The notes beneath the pieces are model-generated. The model searched no databases, was not told the origin of the DNA, and worked only from the letters and a program-made list of their open reading frames with translations. This document shows positions 20,442 through 28,531 of a DNA stretch of 32,000 nucleotides, in pieces. The DNA comes from Candidatus Saccharimonadota bacterium (GTDB taxonomy: Bacteria > Patescibacteriota > Gracilibacteria > BD1-5 > UBA2023): assembly GCA_042852035.1 (NCBI GenBank), contig BAAFHK010000002.1, forward strand, positions 60,001 to 92,000, in the 5' to 3' direction. Within the stretch, counting starts at the first letter, position 1. Each line of letters starts with the position of its first letter. Both the position numbers and the translations under genes were made by a program.

Positions 20442-21824
20442 ATGACTCACATAGTCTCCTACAATCCCTCAAATAACGCAATCCTTTGAAAGGTGGCCAT
20501 TACTGCGCAACCTCAAATTGAAGATATAACTCTTGAGGCGCATGATGCCTTTCTGCTCTGGAAAAAAACTCCACTTAAGAAGAGAGTAGATTTCCTTCGG
20601 GAGGCATATGGTTTATTCCTCTCAAGAAAAGAAGAACTCGCTCAGAGTGTAGCAAGTGAAATGGGTATGCCTATAAAGCTCGCTAGAGATGAGGTTCAGT
20701 ATGGGTTGAATTACTTTATTTGGTACCTAGATAATGCTGAAAAATATCTCTCTCCTGAGGTTACTTACGAGAATGAAGGAGAAATTCATACGGTATACTA
20801 TGAGCCGAAGGGGGTTATTGCCGCGATTACACCATGGAATTATCCATTTATGCTTTTTGCTTGGGCATGTATTCAGCCTCTTCTCGCCTGAAATACGGTT
20901 ATATGGAAGGTATCAAAAGAAGTAATCCTTACGGGGAAACTCATAGCATCTATAATGAACGAATCGAATATACCCAAAGGGGTATGGAGTGAAGTATACT
21001 GAGATGGTGCAATAGGGGATTTTCTTACGGATTTAGATATTGATGGTATTGCTTTTACGGGAAGTACAAATGTCGGAAATCACCTTGCGAAAAAGTGAAA
21101 TGAAAAGGGAATTCCCGTTATTATGGAACTAGGTTGATCTGCGCCAGGAATTGTCTGTGAGGATGCCGATATTGATGCTGTTTTAGAGACGATTTATTTC
21201 ATGAGATTTTCAAACTCATGACAGATGTGCGATGGTCTTAAACGCCTTATAGTCCATGCTTCACGTTATGATGAACTTGTTAAAAAGCTCTCAAAGAGAC
21301 TTCTTGAGAAAAAAATGGGAGATGCTTTGGATGAAACGGTTGATATTTGACCTATTGTTTCAGAAAAGCAAAAACTTATTCTTCTTGATCAGTATAATGA
21401 CGCTCTTGAGAAAGGAGCAAAAATACTTGCTGAAAATAAAAGTTTTCCAAACGACGCAGTTGGTTCATATTTTCCAGCAACTCTTCTCGGAAATATTCAA
21501 AAGGATATGAAGGTTTGGAAAGAGGAAGTATTTGGTCCAATTCTTCCTATAATCTCTTATAATTCGCTTGAAGAGGCTATTGAGCTTGCAAATGATACTC
21601 TTTATGGTCTCTGAGCGTATGTTTTTACGAAAGATATGAATACCTTTCATATTCTCGCGCATGCTATTGAAAGTGGTATGGTACAATGTAATAATATCAA
21701 TTATTGCATCCCCCAAGATCCATTTGGTGGCTATAAATCTTCATGAATTGGTCGTGAACATGGAAAATGGGGTTTTTATGAGTTTGTAAATATCAAAGTA
21801 ATTTCTCTTCCTAAGACGCTCTAA
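20442..21824 (+). CDS. NAD(P)-dependent aldehyde dehydrogenase (460 aa)
   Basis: ATG 20442, TAA 21822-21824. Extends track ORF 20493..20891 through TGA codons. ITPWNYPF, FTGSTNVG, MEL-G-G-SAP (second Gly is TGA 21135-21137), FSNS-G-QMC (Gly is TGA 21219-21221; catalytic Cys 21228-21230) and EEVFGPI. Confidence 0.9.
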
Positions 21825-22471
21825 TGTCTCAAAGCGCTATTTTTGCATCCATCTCGATATTTCTTTATTATCTAGGATTTATCCCATACATCTACCATGT
21901 TTTTCATGGGCGAGTTGTTCCACATCCCTTTAGTTGGAGTATTTGGTTCATATTTTCTGTTACCAACCTTTATATTCTTATTGTCACTACTGGTATTGAA
22001 GCATCATTTTACTCACTACTCGCTCGTACATTCGCCCTTGCGGTATGAGTATTTTGTTGATGGTGGTTCATAAGGAAGATATCTATTACCCGCTTTGATT
22101 ACTTCTCCATTCTTATGGCACTTCTTGTGATTATCTTTATGAATCTTTATGGTATGAAGCAGGCAATAGTAGCAATGGTTATAACCGATATAATCGTACT
22201 TCTCCCGACACTGAGAAAGATATGGGTTGATCCAAGAACCGAAGATGCTATAGCTTGGTTTATGACAGCACTTTCACAAGGATGTTTACTTTTATCACTT
22301 CCATTTCTTACTTTTGAGAATTCATTCTTTTGGTTTTATGCCATTTGCGTGAATCTAAGTGCAGGATTATTTATTCATATTCTCAGGAGACAGAGGGAAA
22401 AAAGATTTATTGTTCGTATAGAAAATTTGTATTTCAAGTGTATCGAATCTTGGAAAAGACTTTTGCATTAG
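21824..22471 (+). CDS. hypothetical six-TM membrane protein (215 aa), translationally coupled to the aldehyde dehydrogenase
   Basis: The ATG 21824-21826 overlaps the TAA of the upstream gene (TAATG). Track ORFs 21824..22048 and 22115..22471 are in frame and joined by two TGA codons. Hydrophobic throughout. No family recognised. Confidence 0.6.
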
Positions 22472-22512
22472 AAGAAAAAGTATGGTAGGCTACAGAGGTA
22501 ATTTTCTATTCT

Positions 22513-23931
22513 ATGTCACAAAATCACACCAAAGCACATGATTATGCAAAAACCTGGATTGATATTATAAAAAATAAAAATCATCCTGATAAAGAACTTT
22601 CTGAATGGATTATCTCTGAATCACTTGAGAATTTTAGCGAACACTTTAATAAAGGATGGCTTGATAATAGAAAATCAGTCACACAATGAGGTATGTGGGC
22701 TGCAACTGAGTGGCAAGGAAAATGAGCCATATTTGAAGATGTGATGGGACGAACATATATTGATTGGCTTTGAGGATATGGATTATTTTCTCATGGATGG
22801 TCTCATCCTGATATTGTTGCTACTGTACAGGCACAACTTCTCCACAATCCAATGCCTTCCCAAGAACTTATTGATCCACTTCGAGGAGTGCTTGCGAAAC
22901 TTCTTGCTGATATAACTCCTTGAGATCTCAAGTACTCATTTTTTTGTGCGAGTGGAACCGAAGCAAATGAAGGAGCTATTAAATTAGCAAAGATGTACAC
23001 TAAAAAGTCAGCATTTATCTCCACAGTAAATGCATTTCATGGGAAGACTATGGGATCGCTTTCAATGATGGGAAAAGCCCTTTATCGCGAGCCAGTATGA
23101 GAAATGTATGGTTGACCAGTATACTTCGTAGAGTATGGAAATGTTTGAGCAATGAAGACTCAACTTGAAACCTGTAAAAAGCTCTGAATCTGAGTTGCTG
23201 GTGTAATCATTGAGCCAATTCAATGAGAGGCTGGTGCGATTGTTCCACCAGATGACTATTGGCCTAAAGTAAGAGAACTTACGAAGGAATATGGTGCTCT
23301 TCTTATTGCTGATGAGGTCCAAACATGACTTGGTCGTACAGGGGAGACTTTTGCGGTTAATCACTGGGGTGTTGTTCCAGATATTATGACTCTCGGAAAG
23401 GCTCTTGGAGGTTGAGTTATGCCGATTTCTGCATTTGTTTCAACGGAGGAAATTTGGCAGTGTATGATGTATCCAAATCCATTTATTCACACTACCACAA
23501 CAGGAGGCTGAGCCCTTGCATGTAGTGCTGCAATTGCGGGAATAGAAGTAATGCTCAGGGAAGATTTTCCTAAACAGGCTCGAGAGAAATGAGAGTATAT
23601 GATGGTGCGACTCCAAAAATTCGTCAAAAAGTATCCAGAAATTTATGAATCAATTTCCGGAAAAGGTCTTCTTATAGGCCAACATTTTACTTCCAAAGAA
23701 GTTGGCTATCAAGTTGCTTCAGAACTTTTTCACAGGGGAGTATTGGTTGGATGAACTCTCAATAGTGCAAAAACGATTCGTATCGAACCTCCTCTTATAA
23801 TAAGCTATCAGGAGATAGATCGGGGTCTCGATATTCTTGAGGAAGTGCTTGATTACATCCAGAAACAGATTCATTCGAATGGAAAATCAAACTTCTTCGC
23901 AGAAATAAAAGGGAAAAAAGAAGAAAAATAA
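22513..23931 (+). CDS. patA: class-III aminotransferase, putrescine aminotransferase-like (472 aa)
   Basis: Not present in the + strand ORF track because of about 20 TGA codons. ATG 22513, TAA 23929-23931. It reads co-linearly with my memory of E. coli PatA/YgjG: NRKSVTQGG..EWQ, LKYSFFCASGTEANEGAIKLAK, AFHGKT, EPIQ-G-EAG (TGA 23224-23226), DEVQT-G-LGRTG, LGKALGG-G-VMP (PLP Lys 23398-23400; TGA 23413-23415) and AKTIRIEPPL. Confidence 0.8.
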
Positions 23932-23940
23932 AAAACTTAT

Positions 23941-23969
23941 TTGCCAAAAGAAATATAAATCTATATAAT
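23941..23969 (+). promoter_or_regulatory. putative promoter of the glutamate dehydrogenase gene
   Basis: TTGCCA (23941-23946), 17-nt spacer, TATAAT (23964-23969), 35 nt upstream of ATG 24004. Confidence 0.5.
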
Positions 23970-23984
23970 GAGAATAATTCTCAT
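23968..23984. promoter_or_regulatory. 17-bp palindrome (candidate operator) overlapping the -10/+1 region of gdh
   Basis: ATGAGAAT-A-ATTCTCAT: perfect 8-bp arms around one central base, starting inside the TATAAT box. Confidence 0.35.
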
Positions 23985-24003
23985 TATAAATAAACTTTAT
24001 TCT

Positions 24004-25251
24004 ATGAAAACAAACCCATTTCTCTCTGCTCAGAAGCAAATGACAACGGCTTATGAATTTCTCAAGGGGAAGTATGATGATGAATTTCCACGTCTTCTTT
24101 CACCAGATCGAGTTATAGAGGTCTCTATTCCTGTAAAAATGGATAGTGGTGAAGTAAAGGTATTTACAGGCTTTCGAAGTCAGCACAATTCATCAAGAGG
24201 TCCATATAAATGAGGTGTGCGTTACCATCAGGATGTAACACGGGAAGAGGTTATGGCGCTTTCGATGTGGATGAGTATAAAATGTTCTACCCTTGATCTT
24301 CCTCTTGGTTGAGGGAAATGAGGTATAATAGTGGATCCAAAGACTCTTTCAAAAAGAGAGCTCGAAGCTCTTTCGCGAGGATGGGTGGATCAACTCTATA
24401 AATATATTTGACCTCTTGACGATGTCCCAGCACCTGATGTGAACACGAATGGTGAGATTATGTCATGGTTTGTTGATGAGTACTCTAAACTTGTTTGACA
24501 TTGGTCACCATGAGCTATCACAGGAAAGCCTATTTCTATCGGATGATCTCTTGGTCGAGATACGGCGACAGCACAAGGAGGGCTTTATGTTCTTGAAGCA
24601 TATCTCAACTGAAAGAATGATTTCCTCAAGTGAAAGAAAGTAGTAATCCAAGGAGCGGGGAATGCTGGACTTAATATGATAGAACTTATCGCAAAATCTT
24701 GAGCTATTCTTATTGCTACATCTGATTCACACTGAGGAATTTATAACGAAAATGGGCTGAATGTTGATGAGATAATTCGTCTCAAGAAAGATAAAAAATC
24801 ACTTGGTGAATATACTGGAGGGGGTACTATTTCTAATAGTGAACTTCTCGAGCTTCCTTGTGATATTCTTATTCCAGCAGCCCTTGAAAATCAGATTACC
24901 CTTGAAAATGCTTGAAACATTCATGCGAAACTCATCCTAGAATTAGCAAATGGTCCTATAACTCCCGATGCTGATGAGGTTCTCTATAAAAATGGAATTC
25001 CAGTAATTCCAGATATACTTGCAAATGCCTGAGGAGTTACGGTCTCTTACTTTGAACAGGTGCAAAATAGCATGAACTATTATTGGTCAAAAGAAGAAGT
25101 TCAGGAGAAATTGAAATTAAAAATGGAGAAGGCCCTTTATGGAGTTGTGAAATCGGCACAAACGCATTGAGTCATGCTTCGAACCTGAGCTTACGTAGTT
25201 GCACTTGAGCGCATTCTTGAAGCCATGAGAGCCCGATATGCAATTAAATAA
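24004..25251 (+). CDS. gdhA: glutamate dehydrogenase (Glu/Leu/Phe/Val dehydrogenase family, 415 aa)
   Basis: ATG 24004 (upstream ATG 23968 lies in the promoter), TAA 25249-25251, about 20 in-frame TGA. RGPYK-G-GVRYH. Catalytic loop LPLG-G-GK-G-GI with TGA at 24310-24312 and 24319-24321. [10 protein letters not shown] dinucleotide fold, and [16 protein letters not shown]. Confidence 0.9.
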
Positions 25252-25298
25252 ATTATTTTGGCCCATTTGTGAATTTTTGCAATATCTAAAAAAGTATG

Positions 25299-25327
25299 TT
25301 ACCATGAAAATGGTAATTTATTTTTTT
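25299..25327 (+). terminator. rho-independent terminator after gdh
   Basis: TTACCAT (25299-25305), GAAA loop, ATGGTAA (25310-25316), followed by TTTATTTTTTT. Confidence 0.65.
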
Positions 25328-25337
25328 ATCACTTTTT

Positions 25338-27359
25338 ATGCACACAAAAAGTCAGCAAGCCTTTAGAAAATGAGCTATTATATTTGCATCCTTTCTTTCG
25401 GGTGTTGTCATAACGGTTTTTGCAGCTGCGACCTATGACGCAAGTATTCAGGAACGATCAGCAAAAATGCTTGCTGCCATCAAAAGTAATGCCACGAATC
25501 TTAACTCAGATGATGCAGTGGCATATTATTCACTTGTACGAGAAAATATCAAAACCCTTATTGCAGTTCTTACAGAAGTTGATAAAGGACTTGCTGTACT
25601 CTCCAATGATGGAAATATTATTCCTTCTCCAGGAACTACTTCAGGAACTTCAAATCCTGCAAACCCTACAAATCCAGGCACAGCAACCGGTACAAGTGGA
25701 GGTATTGTATGTAGTGGTACCTATCCAAAATGAGATCCGAATGCTTCATTTTGGCCGAACGGTGGATTTGTGACCTGACCATCAATAACAGACCAATCCA
25801 ATCGAGTCTGGAAATATAAGTATGCTGGTACTTGTATGTTTGATTGTGTAACGGGATATACGTATAATACCGTTAAGAATATTTGTGAAAAAGATGCCTA
25901 TGCTTGGTCTTGTGGTTTTACAACAGGAGGATCTGCTGCTGATCCAAGTACATGTAATGCTAGTACCGTTGGTACACATTCAAGCAATAATTGTACCTGT
26001 GAGCTTACAGGTGGACCGAAAGGAAGTCCTATTTCCTTTACGGTTCCAGAAGGAGTGTTTGATATGGCAGCACCTAAAACCCTTACAACTCGCTTAGATA
26101 AAGTTGGCGCTCAAACTCTTCTTCTTTGTCAGGAAATCCTTTCCCATCCGCTTGCAACAGTAACCAAAAATGAAGGTGCATGTCAGAATTCTTATGCCTA
26201 TTCGCCCCTTCCTGCTTCATCTTGATGGAAATATACGAATTGAGGATATGATGTAGTCGTTCCTTATGATGCTACTATTTGGGGAGCTGCAGGAATAAAA
26301 ACTCGATTCTTCGTAAAGGATAAAACAACCAATCAAATCGCAACCTATACTATTAGTGTAAAAAATAGTGGATCAGCCACTCCTCCGGGTACAGGAACTC
26401 CTCCGGGTACAGGAACTCCTCCGGGTACAGGAACTCCTCCGGGTACAGGAACAAACCCGAATCAAGATCCAGTAGTTTGTACTGGAAATCTCCCTACAGC
26501 AAATGTTGTTTCTTCCATACAGTCTACGTATTCTATGGTGGGATATGATAGCACAAATAGAACGTGGAAATATGGATTTAATGGCACATGTTCATGGTCA
26601 TGCGCAAAATGATATGTAGTAAATACAACAAAGACAGCATGTGAACCACCTAAACCAGGAACTGGTATATCTATTACTGTGGTTGATAAAAGCGGTGCGC
26701 CACTAGCATGAACGGCTCTTTGACTTGTTTATAATCCGAATGCATGAGAAAATGGGTGGACCACTAATCCAAATGGATTTGTTGAGATTTTTCCTGAAGC
26801 TTGATATTCAGCCGGAGTACTTACTATTAATAAGGCAGGATATATTATTTTCTCAGCAGAATGATGTTCAAGTCGAAATGGCGTAGCCTCTACTATTGGT
26901 GGGCAACCGTATTCATACTGTGACAGTACCCCTCTTGCTCCTGGAACAAAGATTAAGGTCGTCATGATGTCTACACCATCAAACTTTCAAAATTTCTCCT
27001 TCCAAAACCTCCAAAATGGAGAGGGAGTATTTTATATCAATGACACAAGAAATCATCTTATTACTACAAAGATTTCATGAGTTTCCCTGGAGGATACTCT
27101 CTCTTGTGTAGAGATACTTGCTCATCCAAATTATCCAAATCTTGTCAATGAAGGGTATTGTTCAGATGCTTCTCATTTTACTCCTTTTTCTGGAAACTCA
27201 GAGTGGGCATGGTCCGCAGAAAGCGGTGGTACTTGGACAGGAAATATTAAATATAGCGATGAGATATATGGTGCTGCAGGTATCCGAGTAAGAGTATTTA
27301 TGAAAAATAAATCAACTAATCAATCAGCAAGCTTTGTTATCGCGGTGTATAAGTCATAA
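25338..27359 (+). CDS. membrane-anchored or secreted Cys-rich protein with internally duplicated modules (673 aa)
   Basis: ATG 25338 to TAA 27357-27359, with every codon checked. Joins track ORFs 25467..25733 and 25836..26225. N-terminal anchor AIIFASFLSGVVITVFAAA, low-complexity PSPGTTSGTSNPANPTNPGTATGTSGG, two Cys-rich modules, two longer modules ending ..GAAGI(K/R).R.F.K.K(T/S)TNQ.., and a 4x TPPGTG linker. Confidence 0.65.
26379..26450 (+). repeat. perfect 4 x 18-bp tandem repeat (ACTCCTCCGGGTACAGGA) encoding (TPPGTG)4
   Basis: Four identical units at 26379-26396, 26397-26414, 26415-26432 and 26433-26450, in frame within the Cys-rich protein gene. Confidence 0.95.
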
Positions 27360-27373
27360 TTTTCAGATTTCTT

Positions 27374-28174
27374 ATGAAAAATCACTCGCTCATCCACCGT
27401 TCCATTCTCATTTCATGACTCATTTTTTTTAGTGGCGCTATTTGCTCCCATGTTAATGCGGATGTTTTTGATGATGAACTTAATGGCCTTCTTACAAAGC
27501 CAACTATCACTACTGAAACACTTGCTGATGGCTCAATAGTATCAACGGTCTCAATTTGATGATCTTCAAGTAGTGCTACTTCCTGATATATTACATTTCC
27601 TGATGGTGTAAAAATCCAATTTAGCAAACCCTCTTCCGGTCCAACTACATTTGTGAACTTAAGTAACGGAACAAAAACAGTATGTATCGGGAAGAGCTGT
27701 AATGGAAATATGAATATATCTCCATCGTTTCAATCATCTTTCTCATCTTTGAGTCAGTCAATCGCATCAAATAATGTTGCTTATAATTCTAATAACTCCG
27801 GTCCAATGACCGTAATCGTAAGTGAAAAAGTCCCTTGAGCCGTTTGTGTCTGTTATATTGGATGACCAGGTGCTAGCGAAGCTACCTGTGAAGCAGCAAC
27901 TGTTGAGACTCGTCTCTATCAGTGTACTGTAGATCGAGGTATGACTGCCTTTCAGAATCTCTTTCGTGATATAATAAAGTGGACTATCTATATTATCATG
28001 CTTCTCTGAGTTCTTGCTCTTGTATGAGCCTGAATACTCTGGGCATGGGGAAGTGAGAGTGAGGAGTACACAAAGAAAGCAAAATGATGGGCAGTGAATA
28101 TCATCGTATGACTCGCAATACTCTTTACCTTCCGTTATATACTTGGATTTCTTGCTCCTTGGATATTTATGTAG
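27374..28174 (+). CDS. secreted protein with C-terminal TrbC/VirB2-like (T4SS-pilin-like) two-TM domain (266 aa)
   Basis: ATG 27374, 14 nt after the upstream stop. TAG 28172-28174. Frame checked; 12 or more TGA codons. Signal-like MKNHSLIHRSILISGLIFFSGAICSHVNA. The C-terminus is FQNLFRDIIKWTIYIIMLLGVLALVGAGILWAWGSESEEYTKKAKGWAVNIIVGLAILFTFRYILGFLAPWIFM: two TM helices around a short charged loop, as in VirB2/TrbC-type pilins common in CPR. Confidence 0.6.
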
Positions 28175-28194
28175 AAAGGATATTTATGTAGAAA
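28161..28194 (+). repeat. perfect 2 x 17-bp tandem duplication (GGATATTTATGTAGAAA) spanning the stop codon
   Basis: Copies at 28161-28177 and 28178-28194. The first contains the last codons and the TAG of the pilin-like gene. Confidence 0.9.
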
Positions 28195-28219
28195 TAAGTA
28201 TTCTTTTAGTAAAATAAAA

Positions 28220-28237
28220 TCCCCAGAAATCTGGGGA
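28220..28237. terminator. hairpin between the pilin-like gene and the convergent tRNA-Lys
   Basis: TCCCCAG (28220-28226), AAAT loop, CTGGGGA (28231-28237). A/T-rich runs on both sides. Confidence 0.45.
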
Positions 28238-28249
28238 ATTATTATCGAA

Positions 28250-28325
28250 TGGTGGAGATGCCGGGGCTCGAACCCGGGACCTTCGCCTTAAAAGGGCGCT
28301 GCTCTACCTACTGAGCTACATCTCC
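28250..28325 (-). tRNA. tRNA-Lys (anticodon UUU), 76 nt with encoded CCA
   Basis: The reverse complement reads GGAGATG TA GCTC AGTAGGTA GAGC A GCGCC CTTTTAA GGCGA AGGTC CCGGG TTCGAGC CCCGG CATCTCC A CCA. Full cloverleaf: 7-bp acceptor, 4-bp D stem, 5-bp T stem with a TTCGAGC loop, and an anticodon loop CT-TTT-AA. There is one G-A mismatch at the top of the anticodon stem. Confidence 0.9.
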
Positions 28326-28531
28326 ATTATAGATTTATTTGGTTTTTATCTGGAGTGAAGATAGATTCTTGAAGAAGCGTCTATCTCTCGGCTTTTCCTC
28401 TACGGCTTGCGCATCATATACAAAAATAAATCTTTGTCGAATTTTTTTTCACTTTTTATCGATTTTCCTTTTGCAATAGAGAAAAAAAAGCATATATTGA
28501 CCCACGAACACGTGCCAAAATTTCACCCGTT

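Noticed and set aside
26379-26450. Possible CRISPR-like or DGR-type repeat
   Set aside because: The units are contiguous with no spacers and are in-frame coding sequence. The larger internal duplications of the gene are far too diverged, and not A-specific, for a DGR template/variable pair. No reverse transcriptase is present in the window.
28326-28331. TATAAT directly abutting the 5' end of tRNA-Lys (minus strand), as a possible promoter for a leaderless tRNA
   Set aside because: A -10 box ending at position -1 would place the transcription start inside the tRNA. No matching -35 was found at 16-18 nt. More likely it is chance AT-rich sequence.
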